Shown here: positions 10,225 to 21,902 of the stretch, piece after piece
Layout: each line of letters starts with the position of its first letter
How positions within the stretch are numbered: the first letter of the stretch is position 1
Source: Nannocystis pusilla
GTDB taxonomy: Bacteria; Myxococcota_A; Polyangia; Nannocystales; Nannocystaceae
Assembly (NCBI RefSeq): GCF_051105105.1
Contig: NZ_CP185339.1
Length of the DNA stretch: 64,000 nucleotides
Reading direction: 5' to 3' (one strand)
Translations under genes and position numbers: made by a program
The notes under the pieces: generated by a model
Database searches by the model: none
What the model was told of the DNA's origin: nothing
The model's input: only the letters and a program-made list of their open reading frames with translations

Positions 10225-11703
10225 GCGTGGCGCTCCAGCAGGCGCTGCACGCCCGGCGGCAGCGGCGGCAGGTGGGCTTCCCAGGTGCGCGGGAGGTCGC
10301 GCCGCGGGAACTCGGGGTAGACGCGGACGACCTCGTCCATGAAGTCGATGCCCATCTGACCCATGAGCTTCAGCTGGGCCGGGACGGCGCGGGCGATGTC
10401 GGCGCTGATGCCCTCGGCGTCGCGCCACAGGCGGCGCAGGGTGTGCAGCAGCTTGTCGCCGAGGCCCTCCTCGTCGACCTCGAAGAACATGTCCGGGTGA
10501 CCGCGATCGTTCATGAGGTTGCGGATCCGCTCGTCCATGGTGACGCCGGCGGAGGGCACGAGGCCGGGCATCGAGGTGACGATCGCGTGGAAGCGGGAGC
10601 TCACCATCATGCTGCAGTTACGCAGCACGCTGACGAGGTCGTACATGTCGTGCTCGTCGCTGACGAACAGCGCGCCGCCGCGGTCGAGGCGCGGCTGCAG
10701 GTCCTCGCACGCGTGGCGGTCGAGCTGCTCCATGCCGACGAGGATGGTGAAGAACTCGCGCTCCGCGGCGAACGCGTTGACGCCGTCGGCCAGGGCCTGG
10801 ATGTACGCGTTGTACTTCTTGTCGGCCGCTTCGCTGTGGTGGTGGAAGTAGAAGGCGCTGTAGTGCTCGTGCTTGTACTGCCCGCCGAGCTTGTAGGCGG
10901 CGTACTTGAGCAGGTCGGGCTTGACCGGCCACCAGAACGGGTTGATCGGGCAGACGACGAGGACCTTCTGGCGGCCGTCCCAGCCGGCGTCGCGCAGCAG
11001 CTGGGCGCCGCGCGACAGCGGAGCCGGGTCGAAGGTCCAGGCGGTGTCGGCCCCGGAGGTGGTGCGGATGCCGAGCTCGCCGAGGACCTTGCGCGAGGGC
11101 TCGTTGCGGCAGATGACCAGCGACTTCTTGCAGGCGTCGCGCACGAAGTCGCGGAGCGCCGGGGTCATGTTGCCGGCCTCGGCGCCGTAGCCGACGCTGA
11201 CCTTGTTCTCGGCGTTGGCGAGGCCGAGCGCGCCGGCCATGAAGCAGGTCAGCGCGCTCGAAGAACTTCGACTTGAACATCGAGCCCTCGCAGGCGATGA
11301 CGCCGTGGTGCTTCGGGCACTCGGTGGCGATGAACTTGGGGAACACCGCCGGCAGCTCGATCTGGTGGACGGCGCGGAAGTAGCCGCGCGTCAACTTGGG
11401 ATCGACGGTCATGATCGTCAGCTCGAGCTGGTCGTCGCCGACGACGTGGCGCAGCTGGCGGATCATCTCCTCGACGCGGACGTCGGCGCCGGTGTTGCGC
11501 GTGCCGACGTAGCCGGCCAGCAGCAGCTTGAGCGGCTTGCCCGGCTTCCACGTCTCGGGCGCCATGCCGAGGACGTTGCGGACGGCGACGCCCTCGATGG
11601 CGGCGGCGACGGTGGCCTGGAGGGCGCGGTCGGGGTCGACAACGTCCTTGACCTTGTCCCAGATCTTGCTGGTGGTCTTCTTGACGGGTGCGCTCTTGGA
11701 CAT
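10221..11703 (-). pseudogene. polysaccharide pyruvyl-transferase family protein (CsaB-like), frameshifted near 11240
   Basis: N-terminal GYVGTRNTGAD motif in one frame (11703 down to about 11245) and an SSRFHAIV C-terminal motif in the other (11240 down to 10221). Join is FFERADLL / MAGALGLANAE. Confidence 0.45.
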
Positions 11704-11713
11704 GTTCGAAGGG

Positions 11714-12859
<1,146 letters not shown>

Positions 12860-12863
12860 GGTG

Positions 12864-14550
12864 TCAGACGACCTCGGCGTGGGGCGCGGGCGCGGCCTCG
12901 GGCGAGCGCAAGCGGAAGGGGTGGCGCGGGGCGTAGCTCTCGGGGGTCTTGTTCTCGAACAGCGGGAAGCACCACTTGCGAAGGCCGGGGATGTGGACGT
13001 CGATCCAGTAGTGGCGCCAGTCGATGCTGCGCGGGTCGCAGTCCCACTCGGGCTCGACGACGGGGTGCCGCAGCAGGTTGCGGGTGACGAACGCGAAGTA
13101 GTTGTCGTGGATGAACGGCAGGTAGAGCTCGCACATGCGCTCGATCTTGTCGATCGCCTCGAGCGCCTCCTCGGTGTGCTCGACGAGGTCGCCGAGCCGG
13201 CGGCGGATGAACTCCGGCCAGCCCTTCGGCGGGTCGCGCAGCCACTCGTCGACCGACTCGGTCATCTTGCGCACGTTCTCGATCCGCATCGGGTGGTCGG
13301 GCGTGACGGCGATCGCGTCCCAGCGCGACTTGACGACCCGGTCGAGGGTGGTGTCGCCGCGGGTGCGCAGGTGCTTGCGGTGGGCCAGCGCGACCAGCTC
13401 GACGGCGCGGTCGATGGTGAGGAGGTTGAGGTCCGAGCTGCCGCACTGGTAGACCGGCGCGTGCTCGCCCCGCATCAGCGCGGCGCCGGCGACGGTCATG
13501 CCGCGGCAGACGTAGTCGACCGGGATGATGTCGAACGGGTTGCCCCGCTTGCACGGCAGGTGGCGGAACCAGCTGCCGAGCGCGTAGCTCAGCGGGCCGC
13601 AGGTGTTGAAGCCCTGGTTCCACCCGGGGAACGGGTAGCTCATGGCGCTCTCGACGATCGCGGGGCGGAACATGCTCCACCGGCCGGGATCGAGGCGGCG
13701 GGCGATCCACGCCTCGGCCATGTTCTTGGTGTACGTGTAGATGTTGGTGAAGCCCCAGCGGCCGGCGCGGCGCTGGCCCTCGGCGACCATCGCGTCCTTC
13801 AAGAGGTTGCGCTTGATCCGGCGGGCGGTGTTGCGCACCAGCATCGCGTTGCTCTCGTCGCCGCCCTTGTCGCGGATCTGCTTGACCGCGTCGTCGTGGG
13901 CGCGCTTGTCCATCTCCGGCGACTCGTGCTCGGCGAGGATGGCGTCGATGCTGGCCTGGACCTCGGCGCACTCGACCTCAACGTCGAACGGGTCGCCGGC
14001 GGGCGAGAGGTCGGGGCGGATGTCCTCGGGGATGAGGCCGTTCTTCTTGCCGGTGACGTAGCAGGTCGAGATGTGCAGCAGCACCGCCTTGTCGCAGGCG
14101 GCGACGAAGTTGGCGGCGTTGCGGGCGCCCTCGACGTTGGTCGTCATGGCGTCGCGCAGGTCGGGGTCGAAGTCGACGAGGCCGGCGCAGTTGATCACGA
14201 GGTCGATGTCGCGGCGCAGGCGGGCCAGCACCGCCGGGTCCTCGACGCCCATGTCGGGCAGCGAGAACGTCGCCGGAGACGACCTCGATCCGCTCGCTGA
14301 TGAAGCGGCTCATGTCGGCGCCGTACTTCTCGTGCAGCGGGCGGAAGCACGGCGAGGTCTGGACCTGGCGCTCGAACCGGTCGGCGGCGGGGCGCAGCGC
14401 CTTCTTGCGCGTGAGCACGTAGATCTTGCCGACGTCCGGCACGTACTGCAGGACCATCGCCAGCCAGACCTTGCCGAGGAAGCCGGTGACCCCGGTGAGC
14501 AGGACGTGGCGGCCGGCGTAGCTGTGCTTGATCGAGATCGGCGTGTTCAC
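12864..14550 (-). pseudogene. second fatty acyl reductase (NAD_binding_4), frameshifted near 14265 by an extra A at a GACGTC site (read as GAACGTC)
   Basis: N-terminus LLTGVTGFLGK (14550 to about 14270) continues in another frame as MGVEDPAVLARLRRDIDLVINCAG. Removing one A from gagaacgtcgcc restores VSGDVSLPDMGVED. Confidence 0.65.
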
Positions 14551-14578
14551 GGGTGTCCTCCGGTTCCTGTCCCCAAGG

Positions 14579-15256
14579 TCAGTCGCGGTAGTCGATGATC
14601 GGCCAGTCGGCGTCCTTGGCGCTGCGGCGCAGGACGAAGTCGGGGTTGACGGCGCACGGCTTGCCGACGCGCGACAGCAGCAGCATGTCCGGACCGTGGG
14701 CGCCGTAGGCGGCGCAGCGCGCGAGCTGGAGGTCGTGCGCGGCGGCGTAGTCGTCGAGCCAGCGGCCGCCGACGTTCGAGCCGATGACCGGGTCGAGCAG
14801 CTTGCCGGTGGCCTCGCCGTCCTCGAACTCGATCTTGTTGTAGACGAGCTCGTCGTAGTGCTTGAGGTGACGCGCGAGCGGCTTCATGATCGGCTCGATG
14901 CTGTCCGACAGCAGCACGACCCGCCGCCCCTCGGCCTGCAGCCGCTTGAGCAGCTCGAGGCCCTGATCGAGGATCGTGTCCTTCAGGACATCCTCGGCGT
15001 ACTCCTCGCAGAGGACCTCGACGCGGTCCTGGCTCATGCCGCGGATGGCGAGGTGGGCGAGGCGGTGGGCCAGCGCGCGGTCGGTCTGCCCGAGCAGGCG
15101 GTGGACCGGGGCGGCGAGACCGACGAGGCCGAGGCGGACGGCCCGCTCACCGAACTTCTTGGCGTTGCCGGCCAGATAGGCCGCCGCGCTGAGCACGCCG
15201 CGGGCGAGCAGGATGCCTTCGACGCGGACGAATGCTGCCGTGTTGGTTTGTGTCAT
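14579..15256 (-). CDS. HAD-IB family hydrolase (phosphoserine-phosphatase-like)
   Basis: HAD motifs; probable start MTQTNTAAFVRVEG. Confidence 0.6.
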   Translation of the reverse strand: MTQTNTAAFVRVEGILLARGVLSAAAYLAGNAKKFGERAVRLGLVGLAAPVHRLLGQTDRALAHRLAHLAIRGMSQDRVEVLCEEYAEDVLKDTILDQGLELLKRLQAEGRRVVLLSDSIEPIMKPLARHLKHYDELVYNKIEFEDGEATGKLLDPVIGSNVGGRWLDDYAAAHDLQLARCAAYGAHGPDMLLLSRVGKPCAVNPDFVLRRSAKDADWPIIDYRD

Positions 15257-15449
15257 CGACCAGGCTCGCGGCCTAGTTAGCGCACCCGAGGCCGGCGTTA
15301 CAAGCATTCGCGTGGCGACTCGAATGCCTGCGAAGGCCGCTGCGCACGCCGTTTTACGCGTGCAGGGGGCTTCGCAGGAAGGGGCGTAGACGCGGTCTGG
15401 CGCCGGTCTGTGGGGCTTTGCCGGCGCCGGTCGCGAGCGGGCGAGATGT

Positions 15450-15465
15450 TTACTCGCGCGAGTAA
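15450..15465. promoter_or_regulatory. perfect 16-bp palindrome TTACTCGCGCGAGTAA in the divergent promoter region between the HAD gene and mqnB; candidate operator
   Basis: Seen directly in the sequence; about 100 bp upstream of the mqnB start. Confidence 0.3.
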
Positions 15466-15571
15466 CTAGTTGGCGCGGACGATTGCTCGTGTGTTTAGAA
15501 ATTCCTCCGGCGTGAGACCGGTCGGGGTGTCACCGGTGGGACGCGCGGCGAGGTGCGCTATCGTTGCGGCC

Positions 15572-16202
15572 ATGACCGCGCCGCTGCTCGTCTGCGCCGC
15601 CGAGGTCGAGGGCCGCGGGCTACCCTCGGCGCTGCGCCTCGGCGTCGGCAAGGTGGCGTCGGCGGTGAGCATGACGCAGGCGCTGATCGAGCGCCGGCCG
15701 GCGTGGGTGCTGCTGTTCGGGGTCTGCGGCGCCTATCCCGAAGGACATGGCCCGGGAGGCAGGCTCGAACGTCGGCGACGTGTGCCTGGTCGGCGAGGAC
15801 TGGCTGGGCGACGAGGGGGTCGCGGTCGACGACGGCTTTTTGCCGCTGGCCCAGCTGGGTCTCGGGTCGGTCGGGCCGTTTCAGGCCGACCCGGCGCGCA
15901 CGGCCGCGGCGGCGCGGGTGCTCGCGGCCCCGGTGGTGCGCGGGGCGACGGTCAGCACCTGCAGCGGGACGGACGCGCGCTCGCGTGCGCTGGCCAGCGG
16001 TACGGGGGCCACGGTCGAGACGATGGAGGGGGCGGCGGTGGCGTGGGCCTGCCGCGCGCTCGGGGTGCCGTGGGTGCAGCTGCGCTGCGTGAGCAATCGA
16101 ACCGGCCGACGCGCCGCGGGCGGGTGGGACCTGCCGCGCGCGGTGGCCGGAGTGCAGGCGGCGCTGCTGCGACTGCAGGCCGCGGACTGGGGGAGCGAAT
16201 GA
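15572..16202 (+). pseudogene. mqnB: futalosine hydrolase MqnB (PNP/MTA-nucleosidase family), frameshifted near 15768 (GAACGTC)
   Basis: LLVCAAEVEG...LLFGVCGAYP in one frame, DVCLVGED...TMEGAAVAWAC in the other. Removing A from ctcgaacgtcgg gives GRLDVGDVCLV. Confidence 0.6.
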
Positions 16203-17017
16203 GCGAGCCGCTGCCGATCGGGTTCTCGCCGTGTCCGAACGACACGTGGATGTTCGACGCGCTGGTGCGCGTGCCGGAGTTCGTGCCGGGGCTGCGGCCG
16301 CTGCCGTGGCTGGCCGACATCGAGGCGCTCAACGAGCGCGCGCTGGCCGGCGAGGCGCCGCTGCCGGTGACGAAGCTGAGCGCGCACGGGCTGTTCTGGG
16401 TCGAGCGCGACTACCTGGTCTTGCGGACAGGCGCGGCGCTGGGCCGCGGCTGCGGGCCCTTGGTGGTCGCGCGCGAGGCGACGGCGCTCGGGGCCCTGGC
16501 CGGGCGGAAGATCGCCATCCCGGGCGCGTACACGACGGCGCATTTGCTGCTCCGCTGCTTCGCGCCGGCGTCGGTGACGGTGGTGCCGATGCGCTTCGAT
16601 CGCATCATGCCGGCGGTGGCGGCCGGCGAGGTCGACGCGGGGCTGGTGATCCACGAGGCGCGGTTCGTGTTCCGCGACCACGGGCTGCAGCAGGTGGCGG
16701 ACCTCGGCCAGGTGTGGGAGGCGGCCACGGGGCTGCCGCTGCCGCTCGGGGTGATCGCGGCCCACCGCTCGCTGCCCGCGGGGCAGGTGCGGGCGGTCGA
16801 GGAGGGGATCGCCCGCTCGATCGCGGCGGCGGAGGCCGACCCGGCGGCGGCGTGGCCGTTCGTGAAGGCGCACTCGCAGGAGCTGAGCGACGAGGTGTGC
16901 CGGCAGCACATCGCGCTGTACGTCAACGAGTTCTCGCGCGACATGGGGGCGGAGGGGGCGGCGGCGCTGGCCGAGCTGCGCGCGCGCGGGCAGGCGGCGG
17001 GGCTGTTGCCGCGCTGA
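16199..17017 (+). CDS. mqnD: 1,4-dihydroxy-6-naphthoate synthase MqnD
   Basis: N-terminal GFSPCPNDTWMF motif. The ATG overlaps the mqnB stop (ATGA). Confidence 0.7.
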   Translation: MSEPLPIGFSPCPNDTWMFDALVRVPEFVPGLRPLPWLADIEALNERALAGEAPLPVTKLSAHGLFWVERDYLVLRTGAALGRGCGPLVVAREATALGALAGRKIAIPGAYTTAHLLLRCFAPASVTVVPMRFDRIMPAVAAGEVDAGLVIHEARFVFRDHGLQQVADLGQVWEAATGLPLPLGVIAAHRSLPAGQVRAVEEGIARSIAAAEADPAAAWPFVKAHSQELSDEVCRQHIALYVNEFSRDMGAEGAAALAELRARGQAAGLLPR

Positions 17018-17100
17018 GGACATGTCCGCGGTAGCATGCTTCTGGGGACATGCTCGCCAGGACATGTCCGAGAGAGCAGGATCTTGAGCGCCTGTCCGTG
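17008..17100. repeat. cluster of GGACATGTCC-family palindromes (two GGACATGTCCG, GGGGACATGCTCG, CCTGTCCGTGAAGACAG) in the convergent intergenic region
   Basis: Seen directly in the sequence. Confidence 0.4.
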
Positions 17101-17116
17101 AAGACAGCCGGCGGCG

Positions 17117-17891
17117 TCAGCCGGCGGGCAGGGCCTCGAAGAACAGGCGGCCGTCTCGCTCGTGGGCGACGACGCCGAAGGCCGCGCCGAGGTGCTGCGG
17201 GCTGAACACGTCGGGGCAGGCGCCGACGCGGGCGCGGCCGGCGGCGAGCAGGATCGCGTCGTCGGCGTGGCGGCGGGCGAGGTCGAGGTCGTGCTCGGCG
17301 ACCAGGACCGCCACGCCCTCGCGCGCGAGGGCCCGCAGGTGGCGGTAGAGGCCGAGGGCGTGGCCGATGTCGAGGCCGGCGGCCGGCTCGTCGAGGATGA
17401 CGACGGCGGCCTCGGCGGCGAGCATGCGCGCGAGCATGACGCGCTGGCGCTCGCCGCCGCTGAGCCGGCCGATCGGGCGTTCGGCGAAGGCGGCCAGGCC
17501 GAGGCGCGCGAGGGCGGCTTCGGCGGCGTCGGCGTCGGCGGCGCGCGGCGGACCGAAGCGCGGGAGGTTGGGCAGCCGGCCGAGGAGGACGACCTCCCGC
17601 ACGTGGAGGTCGGGCTCGACGGGGCAGTGCTGCGGCAAATAGGCCAGCCGGCGGGCGCGCGCGGCGGGCGAGAGGGCGGCGAGGCGGTCGCCGAGCAGCT
17701 CGATGTGGCCGGCCTGCGGACGGTCGAGCCCGGCGAGGGTGCGCAGGAGGGTCGACTTGCCGGCGCCGTTGGGGCCGGCGACGACGCAGAATCCGGCCGC
17801 GCCGGAGGTCGAGGTCGAGGGCCTCGTAGAGGACCCGCTCGGCGAGCCGACAGGTCAGGCCGCGAGCGGCGAGGGCGGGCGCCTCGGTCAT
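17117..17891 (-). pseudogene. ABC transporter ATP-binding protein, frameshifted near 17792 (GAATC where GATC restores the frame)
   Basis: MTEAPALAARGL...RRGRI in one frame; Walker A GPNGAGKSTLL, LSGGERQRV signature and Walker B ILDEP in the other. Removing one A gives RICVVAGPNGAGKST. Confidence 0.6.
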
Positions 17892-17997
17892 GCCCGGCAT
17901 TAATAGGAGAGAGGCGGGGGGGCGCCGCAAGCCCGCGGGCAAGAGGTGGCGCACGCGCAGGAACGGGCGCGCCGGCGCCGGATCGACTAGTGTTCGC

Positions 17998-19945
17998 CGC
18001 ATGTCGCTCGTCCAGCTCAGGGCCAGCAAGACGGCGCCGCCGCGGGACCTGCGGGCGTTCCTGCCGATGACCCGCGAGGAAATGGACGCGCGCGGGTGGG
18101 ATGAGCTCGACGTGCTCATCATCAACGGCGACGCCTACGTCGACCACCCGGCGTTCGGCGGGGCGCTGATCGGCCGGTTCCTCGAGGGCCGCGGGCTGCG
18201 GGTCGGGATGATCGCGCAGCCGCGCTGGGATGACCCAAAGGACATCTCGCGGCTGGGCCGGCCGCGGCTGTTCGTCGGCATCACCGCCGGCAACCTCGAC
18301 TCGATGCTCAACAAGCTGACGGCGCAGAAGAAGATCCGCGGCGAGGATCAATACTCGCCCGACGGCGCGCTCGAGCAGCGGCCGAACCGCGCCAGCATCG
18401 TCTACTCGAACCTGGCCCGGCAGGCGTTCCCGGGGCTGCCGGTGGTGCTCGGCGGCATCGAGGCGAGCCTGCGGCGGATCGCCCACTACGACTACTGGAG
18501 CGACCAGGTGCGCCGCAGCGTGCTGGTCGACAGCAAGGCCGACCTGCTGATCTTCGGCATGGGCGAGCGGCCGGTGTGGGAGGTCGCGCGGCGGCTCAAG
18601 GCCGGCGAAGACATCAGCACGATCCGCGACGTCCGCGGCACGGCGGTGATGCTGCCCAAGGGCCAGTGGGAGCACCTGCCGAAGAGCCGCTACGTGCGCG
18701 ACGGGCTGCCGCTGCACCTGCCCAGCTTCGAGGAGGTGAGCGCCGACAAGGACGCGTTCCTCGAGATGTCGCGGGCGTTCCAGCACGAGACGAACCCGGG
18801 CAACGGGCGGCCGCTGGTCCAGCCGCACGGCGACCGGGCGCTCTACTGCAACCCGCCGGCGCACCCGCTCGACATGCGCGACATGGACGCGCTGTACGAC
18901 CTGCCGTTCGTGCGCCGGCCGCACTGGACTTACGCGGGCAGCAAGATCCCGGCGTTCGAGACGGTCAAGCACTCGATCGTGACGATGCGCGGGTGCTTCG
19001 GCGGCTGCACGTTCTGCTCGATCACCGAGCACGAGGGCCGCATCATCCAGTCGCGCTCGGCCGAGAGCGTGCTGCGGGAGATCCGGGCGCTGCGCCGCAT
19101 GGACGACTTCCGCGGCGTGATCTCGGAACGTCGGCGGCCCGACGGCCAACATGTACCGCATGCGCTGCAAGAGCGAGCAGATCGAGAGCGCGTGCCGCAA
19201 GCTGTCGTGCGTCCACCCGGGCGTGTGCGAGAACCTCGACACCGATCACGGGCCGCTCGTCGACCTGCTGAAGAAGGTGCGCAAGTCCGAGGGCGTGCGG
19301 CGCGTGTTCATCGCCTCGGGCGTCCGTTACGACCTGGCAGAACGATCTCCGGCGTTCATCCGCGAGCTCGCTACGCACCACACCGGCGGACAATTGTCCG
19401 TGGCGCCCGAGCACGTGAAAGACGACGTGCTCGCCAAGATGAAGAAGCCCGGGGTCGCCAGCTACGAGCGCTTCGCCGAGCAGTTCACGTGCGCGAGCGA
19501 GGCCGCGGGCAAAGATCAGCATCTGGTGCCCTACTTCATTTCCGGGCATCCGGGCAGCACGCTCGATGACATGGTCGATCTCGCGCTATGGCTGAAGGCG
19601 CGAGGCGTGCGACCCAGGCAGGTGCAGGACTTCATCCCCACGCCGATGAGCATGGCGACCTGCATGTACTACACGGGTCGCGATCCGTTCACGCGCCAGC
19701 CGGTCTACACGGCGAAAGAGCTGCGCGAGAAGAAGCTGCAGAAGTCGCTCCTCCTTTATTGGGATCCGGCGCAGCACCACCTCGCTCGCGAGGCGCTGCG
19801 TCGAGCCGGGCGCGCTGCGCTGATCGGTCACGGGCCTTCGTGTCTGGTGCCGCCGGAGGGAGGAGGAGCGACGCGCACACATGGAGCGTCGCCTGTCCCG
19901 GGCGCCAGGCGGGCACGGCGCGGGCTCGGGGCCGCCGGGCCATGA
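17998..19945 (+). pseudogene. YgiQ-family radical SAM protein (UPF0313), frameshifted near 19127 (GAACGTC)
   Basis: N-terminal MTREEMDARGWDELDV, radical SAM CFGGCTFCSI. After the shift the frame gives GGPTANMYRMRCKSEQ. Confidence 0.7.
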
Positions 19946-20093
19946 ACCGGTAGACCGGTAGACCGGTAGCCGCGCCGACAGCCGCGCTCGCGTCGCCGGT
20001 GCAGGTTCGCCCTGCCACCACCCTAGCGCACGAGCACGGGCGCGGACGGTAGTTCCGCGTCACAGCCATCTATGGATAAGATGCCCCAGCTTT

Positions 20094-20867
20094 ATGACGA
20101 TGATGCGGAGCGCGACGCGAGTGTTGGCGGCTGTCACTGTGATGTCGAGCCTGGCGGCCTGTGAGGCGCTGCTCGACCCGAAGACGAAGCTCTCGCTGGC
20201 CATCTCGCACCACGGTACGCGCGACGAGAAGGGGGTCCTGCCCAACCTCGGCGAGCCAGACGCCGCCCGCGTGTTCGTCAACGACAAGGGCTGGCAGGTC
20301 AACCTGGCCGAGGGCGTGATCGTGATGACCGCGGCGCAGGTCGAGTCGTGCGCCGGCGAGAGCTTCGACTTCGAGCTGCCGTACGGCCCGTTCCCCGAGT
20401 ACCAGCTGGCGCAGGATCAGGACCTCGTCGACTTCGCCTCGGTCGAGCTGCCCGAAGGGACATATTGCAAGCTGCGCGTCGAGTACGGCCGCTACCAGTC
20501 GTCGCTGGCCGAGCAGGCGTTCGACACGCCGTACCAGGTCCACGGCCACGCGTCGGTCGAGGGGCTGACGGTCTACCTCGCCGGCACGGCGGTCGACCCG
20601 TCCGGCGCCCACGAGGGCGTCAACTGGAAGTTCCAGACCGATCAGACCAGCATCGTCGAGCTCGACCTCAGCACCGCCGAGGACGGACGCCCGCTCACGA
20701 TCACCGGCAAGGAGCCGGGCGGCAAGGCGCTGACGGTCGCCAAGACCTACGACGCGTTCTTCCGCGGGATCGACTTCGCGAGCTACGACGCCGAGGCGAT
20801 CAACGACCGCCTGCTCGAGGTCCTCAGCGCCGAGACGTACGTGCGGGTCGGCGCTCAGATCTTCTGA
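20094..20867 (+). CDS. lipoprotein, function unknown
   Basis: Signal peptide with lipobox LAAC. Confidence 0.5.
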   Translation: MTMMRSATRVLAAVTVMSSLAACEALLDPKTKLSLAISHHGTRDEKGVLPNLGEPDAARVFVNDKGWQVNLAEGVIVMTAAQVESCAGESFDFELPYGPFPEYQLAQDQDLVDFASVELPEGTYCKLRVEYGRYQSSLAEQAFDTPYQVHGHASVEGLTVYLAGTAVDPSGAHEGVNWKFQTDQTSIVELDLSTAEDGRPLTITGKEPGGKALTVAKTYDAFFRGIDFASYDAEAINDRLLEVLSAETYVRVGAQIF

Positions 20868-21741
20868 GCCCGGCCAGCGCCGTCAGGACGATCAGACCGA
20901 GCGGACCGCCGGCGTCGCCGCCGGCGTCGCAGCCGCAGCCGTCGTCGCGGTTCGGCTCGGTCACCAGGCAGTCGCACGCCTCGCACGCGTCGGTGCGCAG
21001 GTCGACACCTGTCTCTTGGTTCAGCCAGCACAGCGCGGCGTAGGGGATGGCGTAGAAGCCGCCCTTGCCGCACGTGTAGCCGCGCGAGGTGACGCCGGCG
21101 AGCACGACCTCGCCGGAAGAGAGGGTGACGAACGCAGGGCCGCCGGAGTCGCCCTGGCACGAGTCGTGGCCCTCGCCGCCGGCCTGGAACTCGAGGCCGC
21201 TCGGGCTGAAGCGGACGATCTCGACGTCGACCTCACGCTTGAAGCCGTTGAGGCTCTTCTCGTCGTCGCCGAAGCCGACCACGGTGATCGGGGCGCCGAT
21301 GTACATGGCGTCGTCCCACTCGGCCTGATCGCTGAGCGGCCTCGTCGGTTTGATACCGACGAGCGGCTCCTCGAGCACGACGTAGCCGTAGTCCCAGATG
21401 TCGACCTTGCACACCTCGGTGTCGGTGCCGCAAAAGTCGGGGTGCGAGCCGTGCGAGGCGACGGACACGAAGGTCTCGTAGTCGGTCCACACGTCGTCGC
21501 CGACGACGACGTGCATGAGCGCGGGCGAGGGGTTGTTGTCGAGGCAGTGCGCGGCGGTCAGCACGACGGTCGGGCTGACGAGCGTGCCCGTGCACATGGT
21601 GTCGCCCATGAGGATCGCCACGGCGGTCGGCCACGCGCCCGGCTCGACCAACTCGCCGCCGTAGATCGGCGCGGGCGCGGGCGCGGGCGCGGTCCACGGG
21701 AGCGGCGAGGCGAGGAGGGCGACGAGGCCGAGCTGCAACAT
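20824..21741 (-). CDS. trypsin-like (S1) serine protease with C-terminal MYXO-CTERM sorting signal
   Basis: TAAHC and GDSGGP catalytic motifs. The C-terminus CGCDAGGDAGG is followed by a hydrophobic helix and an Arg-rich tail. Confidence 0.7.
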   Translation of the reverse strand: MLQLGLVALLASPLPWTAPAPAPAPIYGGELVEPGAWPTAVAILMGDTMCTGTLVSPTVVLTAAHCLDNNPSPALMHVVVGDDVWTDYETFVSVASHGSHPDFCGTDTEVCKVDIWDYGYVVLEEPLVGIKPTRPLSDQAEWDDAMYIGAPITVVGFGDDEKSLNGFKREVDVEIVRFSPSGLEFQAGGEGHDSCQGDSGGPAFVTLSSGEVVLAGVTSRGYTCGKGGFYAIPYAALCWLNQETGVDLRTDACEACDCLVTEPNRDDGCGCDAGGDAGGPLGLIVLTALAGLRRSERRPARTSRR

Positions 21742-21902
21742 GCGACTAGAATAACCCCGATCGCCGGCGATCCACGGCGATCCGACCCGCGTCCTGCGCA
21801 CACGGGCCGCGGATCGAAAATGCCCGGGCGCGCGGGCGCAGACCCCGGGACAGCGCCTTTGCGATCTGGTACCGATCGCGTAGGTCCGACCCGGGGAGGC
21901 GC

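Noticed and set aside
16411-19242. 943 aa minus-strand ORF (and similar giants at 926..2071, 5809..7365, 22873..23895, 35272..37797, 46283..49042)
   Set aside because: Arg/Pro/Gly-rich low-complexity translations lying antisense or out of frame to well-supported genes; typical open frames in 70% GC DNA.
19946-19975. Direct repeat gtagaccggtagaccggtag
   Set aside because: Two and a half copies of a 9-mer in an intergenic region; too short to call a functional element.
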